In this document: positions 39,257-47,263 of the stretch, in pieces | Numbering within the stretch: the first letter of the stretch is position 1 | Layout of the letters: each line of letters opens with the position of its first letter | Position numbers and translations under genes: made by a program | The notes under the pieces: model-generated | Databases searched by the model: none | Seen by the model: the letters and a program-made list of their open reading frames with translations, nothing else | Told to the model about the DNA's origin: nothing | IMG/VR virus record: IMGVR_UViG_3300017739_000002 | Source of the DNA: an uncultured virus (IMG/VR IMGVR_UViG_3300017739_000002) | Lineage: Duplodnaviria; Heunggongvirae; Uroviricota; Caudoviricetes | DNA: 64,000 nucleotides | Direction: 5' to 3' (one strand)

Positions 39257-41830
39257 TTATTCATATTCGGCAGACAATCGAACAGTTTGCTTGGCCTGTT
39301 GGAACGTCATATTCTTTAATGCTGTTTTAAATTGTCTAATAACTTCAGGCAGTTCTCCGTCTTCACCTTGTATCATATTTGCCATGTATTCGCCCGGTGC
39401 TTCGCCATCTGGACCTAGTGTTAAATCTTGTGGTTTTGTAAGACCTGCATTTTCGTTTTCAGCAGTAACAGCCCTTGATGTCACACCATCAGCAGTAGTC
39501 ATTGATTCAGCAGTTATAGATAACCCTTGTCCAACATTATAAGAAGCTTCAACAAAGGAACCACCAACGTCTCCACCGCCAAGGGCGCCGCCTATTGAAC
39601 TAACACGAACATTTCCAGACGCAATTTCCTGACCAATTTGTTTACCATTAAACATATGTACAGTAACACTTGCACCGGCGGCTTCTGTATTATACATTTC
39701 CATATAATCACCCTTGCTAAATGTTCTTCTCGTGTAACCTTGTATTGTCGGACTTTGATTATACAACACATTTCCGTCTTTGTCAACAAAATTCGTACCT
39801 CCACCATCACTAATCAATTGGTAACCATCTGGATAGTAGTCTATTCTTGTTCCGTCGTCTTTTACGTCTGATTTAATTGCATCGCCAAGATTACGTGCCA
39901 TTTGGTTAATGGTTTTAACATAAGAAGGCATATCTGTAATAAGCATTTCTGGACCTTCTTCACCAACAAGTGCCATTTCATTAGAACCTAAATATCCACC
40001 AATAAACCTTTGCTTCACTGATCCATCTTCATTATGTGAATTTCCATACTGCCTTATCCAATTACGTTTACTATGTCCAGACTTTGGCATAGGCATTACT
40101 GGTACAGGTGCTTTATCCATTGACTCTAATTCTGCTTGTGCGTCAATTCTTTCTGCTACAGTACCAGACTTAATTAATTCTTCTAATTTTTTTCTTTTTT
40201 CTGTTTCTGTTTCTGGTTCTCCAGTTGATGATGATAGGTCGTCTGCTATATTTTTAATCAGTCTTGACATATCAACCATGTTTGGAGTCAATGCCTCTTG
40301 TGCTTGTAACATTAAAGAAGCCGCACTGTTAACTGCTTGTGTTACCCCGCCCTGTGCTTTTAATTGTTCACCTGTCTTTTTCTCTAGTTCTGCCATTTCT
40401 GTATCTGACATGGTTGCAAGTTTTTTATTTGCGTTTTGGAATCCAGTAAGTCCATTGTTAAGATCTAGAATAAGCCCACCAACGTTTTTATCAGTTCTCA
40501 TAATAGAACCTTTTTGTACTTCAAGGTTGGCTATTCCTCGTAGTATTTCTTTTCTCGTCATCTGTACAGAAGGATCAATAATACCATCCTGTAATTTTTG
40601 CAAAAATTCTGCTCCACCTTCTACAGAATTAAATGCCTGTATGACATCTCGATCCTGTTTGGTAGTACCAAATGTAAACTTGCCATTTGTTTCAAAGTTT
40701 TGTTGTGCCCTTGTAATCATTGACTCCATCATTGGACCAATTTTACCTAATCCGCCTTCAGCGGCTGGTAACTTGCCCAATAAATTAAAAGTTGATTTTA
40801 ATGCAACAATATTATCTGCAACTTGACTTCCCATGCTTTCTCTGATTCGCTGGTTAGGTCCTGCAAAATCTGCATCACTTACTGCTTCGAATGATGAATC
40901 AATTAATTGTTTTCTATTAAATGCTGTCGCGGCCGCTAATGAAGAATTTTCAAGCATTAACTGCTGATATCCTGTTTGTAGACCTGCTCCGCCATTTGCT
41001 AATAGTGTATCTGTCTGTCCTGTTAAACGCATTACATCAATATACTGTGCATATGTGTCCATCATTTCTTGACTTGTTTGTCCAAAGTCACCATATGCAT
41101 CATTTGCTCTGTTTAAAGTATTAAACGATTCAGCAAATACAACACTACCTTTAGATATACCATTTCCTAGTGACTGTACTGCTCTTCCGTATTTGTTAAT
41201 AGTTTTGGACATTGCGCCATAACTAACGCCAGCCTGATAACTAACTTCTCTTATATGTTGGAAAGATTGAGCAGAATCCATAAAGATTGCACCACTATCA
41301 ATCATAGTAGCCTGTGCTTCTGCAAACTGTTCAATCTTGGCAGATAAAAAACCGCCATATGCAAACAATGCATTTGTTGCTATTCCAGAACCTTTAACTA
41401 ATCTACCTGCCCATTCCTCGTTTATAAACTTAAACTTTTGGAGCATCTTTTCAGCAGTACCACCTTTTGCATTTGCATTGGCTACAGTATCTTTCATCTG
41501 CTTTGCCATATTAGTCATACTTGAAAGTGGTTTACTTGTGTCTCCCAATTGGTTAATAATATTGGTAGCTCTGCCTACAATGTTTCTTGCTACATCACCT
41601 ATTGTTTGTGCTTGATTATAGGCACTTTCTCTTTCAACTGATTTAAGTTCACTTGTTGCCTGCTCTAATCCTTTAATATCATCAGCAGTAACATTCATTG
41701 CTTTGATTACAATATTTCTAGCCGCATCATTACTATTAATGACACTTACTAAACTTTGTAAAGTAGATTCTTTTGCCCATTCAGGAATGGTTACTAATTC
41801 ACCACCAATAGGTATCTGTAGGTCAGCCAT
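39257..41830 (-). CDS. Tape-measure-like protein (paralog B)
   Basis: 857 aa, helical and A/G/Q-rich; GG...ALVGEEGPEM motif common near TMP C-termini; N-terminus resembles the neighbouring gene. Confidence 0.6.
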   Translation of the reverse strand: MADLQIPIGGELVTIPEWAKESTLQSLVSVINSNDAARNIVIKAMNVTADDIKGLEQATSELKSVERESAYNQAQTIGDVARNIVGRATNIINQLGDTSKPLSSMTNMAKQMKDTVANANAKGGTAEKMLQKFKFINEEWAGRLVKGSGIATNALFAYGGFLSAKIEQFAEAQATMIDSGAIFMDSAQSFQHIREVSYQAGVSYGAMSKTINKYGRAVQSLGNGISKGSVVFAESFNTLNRANDAYGDFGQTSQEMMDTYAQYIDVMRLTGQTDTLLANGGAGLQTGYQQLMLENSSLAAATAFNRKQLIDSSFEAVSDADFAGPNQRIRESMGSQVADNIVALKSTFNLLGKLPAAEGGLGKIGPMMESMITRAQQNFETNGKFTFGTTKQDRDVIQAFNSVEGGAEFLQKLQDGIIDPSVQMTRKEILRGIANLEVQKGSIMRTDKNVGGLILDLNNGLTGFQNANKKLATMSDTEMAELEKKTGEQLKAQGGVTQAVNSAASLMLQAQEALTPNMVDMSRLIKNIADDLSSSTGEPETETEKRKKLEELIKSGTVAERIDAQAELESMDKAPVPVMPMPKSGHSKRNWIRQYGNSHNEDGSVKQRFIGGYLGSNEMALVGEEGPEMLITDMPSYVKTINQMARNLGDAIKSDVKDDGTRIDYYPDGYQLISDGGGTNFVDKDGNVLYNQSPTIQGYTRRTFSKGDYMEMYNTEAAGASVTVHMFNGKQIGQEIASGNVRVSSIGGALGGGDVGGSFVEASYNVGQGLSITAESMTTADGVTSRAVTAENENAGLTKPQDLTLGPDGEAPGEYMANMIQGEDGELPEVIRQFKTALKNMTFQQAKQTVRLSAEYE

Positions 41831-44565
41831 TAGTTAGCCTCCAATATGGTGTTTGTTCTATTCTGTTGTGTTATTGCTACCATTTCTGCTAACTCTTTTT
41901 TCAACTTTTCTATTATTGCTGAACTTTTTTCTCTGCCTTTGGTTTCTCTACCAAAGTATTCATTTACACCAGAATTACTTCTATCAATTCTAGACTGTTC
42001 AGCGGCAATAGTTTTATTGATTTCATCCATTCTCGTTTTTGATGTGTCATCAGGAGTGACACTATTGTTACTTGTATTTAAGCTCTGATTACTGTCTGTA
42101 ACATTGGCAGTTTGTATAGTTGTTTCTTTTTTAGTAATCTTTTCATCTTGTGCCGCTTGTATTTCCTGTAGTCTTTTTAGATATGGATTTGCTTCAGGGC
42201 GTGTCGCCATAATTAGTCCACTATCCTGTGCTTGTGCAAATCCTGCACTTGCATTCCATCTTGTGCTACCACCTTTATCTGTACCAACTATATCAAAGTG
42301 TCCTCTATGTTTACCCATATAATCATGATCAGCACTGCCTGCTCTTCCACCCAATGCGAAAAATGCTTCAGTAAATTGTAAAAATTTAGGGTGTGTATAA
42401 GGAATCAAATGGTCACCTAATCTAAGTTGTAAATCAGCAGACATTCCACCGTCATGTCTTTCAGATCCTGTACGTACTGCTTGTCCATCTAAAAAGTATT
42501 TTTTGCCTTTTCGGTCTTTATTTTTTGTAGATGCTTTCCATTCATCTAATGGCATTTGCCCACCACTTGTAACTTCAACTCTTAAATTAGGATCTGTAAC
42601 TATGGCGGCGTTTTTAAGTATTGTGACTAATGCCTCTGCTAATGGGCCTTTTCTAATGGCCGCTGTTTTGTTTTGTATCTGGTGTACACGATCACCTGGC
42701 CTAACTGGTGGCACTTCAGCAGGTGCCATTTCAATAGTAGGATCTCTACTAGGTGCAGGGCCTGTTAATGTTGTTTTAGATCCTGTACCCAGTCTATCAG
42801 AAACTACCTGGTCATCAGATATTGTAACTCCTGTGTATGGATCAAATACACCACCATATCCACCTTCACTTGCTATTATCTCTTGTCCTTCTTTTGTACC
42901 AGGTGCTACTCTATACTCATTCATTTTGGCTAGTTCTTCACTTGCACTTGTAACATTTGGTGGTTTTATAACACCTGCTTCAACTAAAAACTTTTTAAAT
43001 CTTGCCAATTCGTCTGTAGTAGATGCAAATATTCCACCAAGGTTTTCATACCCTGGAACAATTTTATGCTGTAACATTCGCATACCAACTTTTGTTGCTT
43101 CCACTGCTTCTACACTATTATCTGCTTCTTCAGTTTTGGCATCAGCAAGATCTACTCTTTTCTGTATAGCATCACTTGTTGATTCAACAAACGCATCTGG
43201 AATAACTTCGGCCGCATTTTTTAACCTAAGTACTGAATCCAATGTTGCGTCTCCCACAGCAGGAGCATTTGGAATTTCACGAGCAAGTCTAACAAATTCT
43301 TTAAATCTATTTGCAACTTCAACCCTATTGGAACCATCTTTAAGTGATTCAACTAATGACACATAGGATTTTGTTACTTCTGTACCACCTAATGCTAGTA
43401 TTTCGTTAATTTCTTGAGGTACTGACATTAAAACATTATCAGTTGTTGGCAACATACGAACAAATCCTGTTAGTGTTTGGTCCATGCCATCTGCTAAATC
43501 AGGTAACATCTCCTTAAACAATCCATTAAGGAAATCTGCGTTAAGTTGCATTTGAACCGTTACACCTTCACCATATTTTTCTTCAAGTATGGCTTTGTTT
43601 CGCAACAAGTTGCCTTTCATTTCATCTCTACCCTGAGCATCTAAACCAGAGTTAATTAATTGTTCTCTATTAATGCCTGTCATTTCAGCCATTGCTAAAG
43701 CAATCTTTTGTGTATCTTCAAATGTTTTTGTAATTCGCCTACGGGTTGGTATATTAAGTTCACTCATTTCACCCTGTTCAAAGAACATTTTAGTGACATT
43801 ACCCATCTCTTTTATGAACTGTGTTCCTACTAATCCAAATTGATTAAACCCTTGATCGTTTCTACTTGCACTTGCTAGGTTACCCACGAAGTTGTTGAAG
43901 TATAATGAATTGTCTGCTAGACTTCCTTCACCGTTGACAAATACATGTCGCATACCATCAAGCCCTTTTAGCATTTCAGAAACACTCATACCCATATTTG
44001 CGGCGGCGCCACGCATTTCAGTAGCACCAGGTAAACCTCTATCAAACATCATGCCATATTCAAGCATTGCTCTTAGATTTTTCTCTTGTGCCATAATTAT
44101 AGGTGCTAGGGCTCCACTAAAAGCCGCCATGCCTGCGATGCCTTTACCGGCATATTGTGCAGTAGTACCAGCAACTCTAGCACCAGTTGCATACTTGTTA
44201 ACAAACAACTTACCAAAGTCAGATACGGCTTCACCAGCACCAGCCATAGCACGGCCACCTATTTCTGCTATTTCACCAAAACCTCTAATTGGATCTACAG
44301 CTCTAGCACCGCCTATAGAGTTGACTTCTTTTTGAACACCATTTAAGAATCTATCAATTCTTGTTTGTGTACGTTTTTTCTGTCCTATAAAATCTTCTAT
44401 GTTTACTTGGACTTGTTTCATACCTAATTTTTTAGCAATTCGATTGACTTCGCCCATATGGCTTTGAAGACTACGACCTTCCATTCGAACAATGCTCATT
44501 AATGTGTCGTCAGTAGCCCACTTGGGCAACATTTCAATAAGATTTAAAAATTCGTTACTGTCCAA
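41830..44565 (-). CDS. Tape-measure-like protein (paralog A) with LAS/M15-type peptidase domain
   Basis: 911 aa helical body; VTSGG...GSERHDGGMSADL (H-x6-D)...GHFDI; TTG start; divergent from gp26. Confidence 0.6.
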   Translation of the reverse strand: MDSNEFLNLIEMLPKWATDDTLMSIVRMEGRSLQSHMGEVNRIAKKLGMKQVQVNIEDFIGQKKRTQTRIDRFLNGVQKEVNSIGGARAVDPIRGFGEIAEIGGRAMAGAGEAVSDFGKLFVNKYATGARVAGTTAQYAGKGIAGMAAFSGALAPIIMAQEKNLRAMLEYGMMFDRGLPGATEMRGAAANMGMSVSEMLKGLDGMRHVFVNGEGSLADNSLYFNNFVGNLASASRNDQGFNQFGLVGTQFIKEMGNVTKMFFEQGEMSELNIPTRRRITKTFEDTQKIALAMAEMTGINREQLINSGLDAQGRDEMKGNLLRNKAILEEKYGEGVTVQMQLNADFLNGLFKEMLPDLADGMDQTLTGFVRMLPTTDNVLMSVPQEINEILALGGTEVTKSYVSLVESLKDGSNRVEVANRFKEFVRLAREIPNAPAVGDATLDSVLRLKNAAEVIPDAFVESTSDAIQKRVDLADAKTEEADNSVEAVEATKVGMRMLQHKIVPGYENLGGIFASTTDELARFKKFLVEAGVIKPPNVTSASEELAKMNEYRVAPGTKEGQEIIASEGGYGGVFDPYTGVTISDDQVVSDRLGTGSKTTLTGPAPSRDPTIEMAPAEVPPVRPGDRVHQIQNKTAAIRKGPLAEALVTILKNAAIVTDPNLRVEVTSGGQMPLDEWKASTKNKDRKGKKYFLDGQAVRTGSERHDGGMSADLQLRLGDHLIPYTHPKFLQFTEAFFALGGRAGSADHDYMGKHRGHFDIVGTDKGGSTRWNASAGFAQAQDSGLIMATRPEANPYLKRLQEIQAAQDEKITKKETTIQTANVTDSNQSLNTSNNSVTPDDTSKTRMDEINKTIAAEQSRIDRSNSGVNEYFGRETKGREKSSAIIEKLKKELAEMVAITQQNRTNTILEAN

Positions 44566-44641
44566 AATTAAGTACCTATTTAATGCATAAATACAAATGG
44601 ATGCATTTATATATAATGTATTTATTTGGAGAAAACACCCT

Positions 44642-45490
44642 ATGACAGCGAATCCCTTAATTGCGGCATATAAAAAGCCCGCATTATACGTTGCCTTACC
44701 CAGTAAGGGTAAATGGTACGATCCTAAACCAAAATTAAGTGTAGATGGCGAACTTGCTGTATATGCTATGAGTGCAAGAGATGAATTAATTACTAAAACA
44801 CCTGATGCACTGTTTAATGGCGAGGCTACAGTGGCACTAATTGAAAGTTGTTGCCCTGATATTCCTGAGCCAAGACAGATGCCAGTGAATGATCTATTAG
44901 TTGTATTATTGGCTATTAGACAAGCAAGTTATGGTAATGAACTATCAATTGACATTAAATGTACAAATGAAGAGTGTAGACATGTTAATCAGATGGCAGT
45001 AGACGGTAACATACTGTTAAGCCGTGTACAGGATAACAAGCACGAAACATTAATTAAACTTGAAAATGGTTTTGGATTAGAACTTACTCCGTACACTATC
45101 GAAGATAGGACTAGATTACAGATACAGCAGGTAAAACAACAGGCTATTGTACAACAATTAATTAATGCTGAAGCATCAGGCGAAGAAGACTTACAGGAAC
45201 AATTTGGTAAAACATTTGTGGAAGTTGCAGAGCTAAGTGTTGAGCTAGTTGCACGTTGTATTAGCACAGTTCATTTACCTGATAAAGATTCAGATCCTAT
45301 TACAGAATACCAAGATATTTACGATTGGTTAAAAATTATCACAAAGAAAGACTATGATCAAATACGTGAGCGTGTTGAACAACTTAGTGAAAACAACATT
45401 GACACCATAATGGATGCCCAATGTGCAGAATGTGGTAAGCCTTTTAAAACTAATATTGAGTTAGATATCGCGGGTTTTTTCGCAGGTTGA
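44642..45490 (+). CDS. gp26: Baseplate hub assembly chaperone
   Basis: LPSKGKWY, M.ARDE, D...LLAIR.ASYG, CxxxxC and C-terminal CAECG...FF; GGAG SD before ATG 44642. Confidence 0.85.
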   Translation: MTANPLIAAYKKPALYVALPSKGKWYDPKPKLSVDGELAVYAMSARDELITKTPDALFNGEATVALIESCCPDIPEPRQMPVNDLLVVLLAIRQASYGNELSIDIKCTNEECRHVNQMAVDGNILLSRVQDNKHETLIKLENGFGLELTPYTIEDRTRLQIQQVKQQAIVQQLINAEASGEEDLQEQFGKTFVEVAELSVELVARCISTVHLPDKDSDPITEYQDIYDWLKIITKKDYDQIRERVEQLSENNIDTIMDAQCAECGKPFKTNIELDIAGFFAG

Positions 45491-45506
45491 TAGCCACTAG
45501 TCAGCC
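45472..45506 (+). promoter_or_regulatory. Candidate -1 programmed ribosomal frameshift signal
   Basis: In-frame heptamers G GGT TTT (45472..45478) and T TTT TTC (45475..45481), then hairpin GGTTGATAG-CCA-CTAGTCAGCC (45485..45506). Confidence 0.6.
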
Positions 45507-45726
45507 GACGGAGATTAAACAAATTGTTGAACGTTATGATTTAGAACGTGAGGGCATTGAAGCAAACCTATTAGATTTAGTTTTGTATAGTGGAGGTGCT
45601 ACTACATGGACAGAGCTTATGTGCATGCCAATTTCCTCTGTCAGATTGATGACTGAAAGAATGAATAAAAAGACTGAAGAAGCAAACATGGCACAACAAA
45701 AGGCTAGGGCTTCTCGAGGCCGGTAA
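45487..45726 (+). CDS. Small gp51-like / tail chaperone T-like ORF
   Basis: G..TW.EL..MP...R motif; lies in the -1 frame of gp26; only a TTG start without a spaced SD. Confidence 0.6.
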   Translation: MIATSQPTEIKQIVERYDLEREGIEANLLDLVLYSGGATTWTELMCMPISSVRLMTERMNKKTEEANMAQQKARASRGR

Positions 45727-46156
45727 TTAATTTGTAATATTCTGCAGGCCAGCTATTATAATAATTTGTGCTATGTAAATAATCACGCTTATCTAGAATG
45801 TCTTTTTTCAACTGTATAAAAATACAATTAGTAAAATTCCTAACAAAATGTCCTGACTTATTTGTGCTTGTAAAGAAGAACAGATCGGAAAATTCCTTCT
45901 GCATGTCCTCTGCTAAAGCCTCAAGATCGTAAGACAATTCACCATCACCCATCCAAGCAATACCTATTTCATAACGTTCTCTATCAAACGTTCTAAGCAT
46001 TTCCTTTTGATTTGAACGGGCATCAATGAACTGGATTAGATCCATCATTCTTGCTCTACGTGCAAAGGGACATATAGGGAAACCGTCATCTTTCTTCGCT
46101 TCCACCTCTTTCTCTGTCCAGATCAGAAAGGTGCTTACGAATGTATCGAAGTTCAT
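45704..46156 (-). CDS. DUF1415-like hypothetical protein
   Basis: W....VE...FPICPFA..AR N-terminus and YYNSW C-terminus; late-like GATAAATA at 46277..46270. Confidence 0.55.
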   Translation of the reverse strand: MNFDTFVSTFLIWTEKEVEAKKDDGFPICPFARRARMMDLIQFIDARSNQKEMLRTFDRERYEIGIAWMGDGELSYDLEALAEDMQKEFSDLFFFTSTNKSGHFVRNFTNCIFIQLKKDILDKRDYLHSTNYYNSWPAEYYKLITGLEKP

Positions 46157-46289
46157 AATATTTCTTTCAGTGTTATTAACAGATGTTCTTCAAACATCAC
46201 ATCTTCATATCACTTCGTGATATTCGATGTATATTTCGAATCGGTTAATATATCTATTGTGGTTATAGTTATTTATCGACTAATATTAT

Positions 46290-46623
46290 AACGGCTTTTT
46301 CGCCGAGTGTTTCATTCACACTTAGCCTGATACGGCCAAGTGTGAAAAATGAATACAAGGTTTTTCGCCTCGGAATCACCCACATTATCATAGTAAAACC
46401 TTATTATAGGGAGTCGCGGTTATGCGATACGACTTTACTCACTGCTGAACAACGCAGAAACATCCTTTGCCATGATAACGACTAAGGACTATCCGTGAGT
46501 TCCAATCTGTCAGGAGAGCTCACTCATTGTTTAAATTATGCACGCCAGAATCTGAACACAGGTGTCTGTGAACTCAAAGCGGATCGAGCCATCCCGATCA
46601 AACTGAGCATGTAGGGTTCTGTA
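46290..46623 (-). ncRNA. Putative large structured non-coding RNA of unknown class
   Basis: ORF-free, visibly GC-richer than flanking intergenic DNA, at least 8 stems with G-U pairs on the minus strand, a long-range closing helix and a possible pseudoknot. Confidence 0.6.
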
Positions 46624-47049
46624 TTAGCCGTTAAGTTGTTGTTTGATTATGCCTTTGCCGTGTACTTTTACTTGAATAATGCCATTGTAGTAGTCGTTTG
46701 ATTCTAGTACTTTTCTTGAGAATTGTTCACGTGCCTCTAGGTAACTACATTCTGATTTGGAGTTACAATAATATAATATTTCTCGGGTAAATTTGTCTGT
46801 GCCTAATTGTTCTACGTCTGTGTTTAATTCATCATTTGAGCCATAGTAAGTTTGCCAATCTGATTCTACTTTATATCGTCTTTTGTTTTTTCTGCCTTTG
46901 AGTGGTGGTCTTGATCTGCTAAATCTTGCCAGTTTTTTGCCTATGTATTTTCTATCATTTGTAGTATTGGTTATTAAGTAGACAAAGCCTACACATTCTT
47001 CTGGGAGTTCCAATACTTCTTTGCCATTGTAAAGCCAATTATTCGCCAA
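46624..47049 (-). CDS. Short GIY-YIG endonuclease (Seg-like catalytic domain only)
   Basis: GFVYLITN...KYIGKK, ESDWQTYYGS, FTREIL, LEAREQ, YYN motifs; 141 aa. Confidence 0.85.
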   Translation of the reverse strand: MANNWLYNGKEVLELPEECVGFVYLITNTTNDRKYIGKKLARFSRSRPPLKGRKNKRRYKVESDWQTYYGSNDELNTDVEQLGTDKFTREILYYCNSKSECSYLEAREQFSRKVLESNDYYNGIIQVKVHGKGIIKQQLNG

Positions 47050-47263
47050 AACTTCTTTTTAATTCCTGTATCATATCAATCCCTAACTCCTGTTTAACTT
47101 TCCTACTATCGTAGTCAGGAGTTTTTACAAACAAATCTTCCTCAGGCATGCTGAGTGTGATTGTGCTTGGAGCCATTGATACAGAAGGGATTGTAACTGT
47201 ATCATATGTACCTAATGTAACATCATTTGTATTGATTGAGATGTAATCGTCATCATCATGCAT
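47039..47263 (-). CDS. Small hypothetical protein
   Basis: 74 aa, overlapping both gp46 and the GIY-YIG gene in an operon-like way. Confidence 0.5.
   Translation of the reverse strand: MHDDDDYISINTNDVTLGTYDTVTIPSVSMAPSTITLSMPEEDLFVKTPDYDSRKVKQELGIDMIQELKRSFGE

Noticed and set aside
22421..43366. Long plus-strand ORFs opposite fiber, core and TMP genes (e.g. 24333..25316, 26931..27710, 36328..37245, 42503..43366)
   Set aside because: Antisense shadows of biased codon usage in real minus-strand genes; low-complexity S/P/V/T products with no SD or motifs.
46290..46623. RNase P RNA, group I intron or tmRNA identity for the structured element (GAGTAAAGTC, ACAGAACCC and GATAGTCC resemble conserved motifs)
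   Set aside because: The RNase P-like motifs are in the wrong order and cannot form P4; no P7 partner or interrupted gene for a group I intron; no tRNA-like ends for tmRNA.
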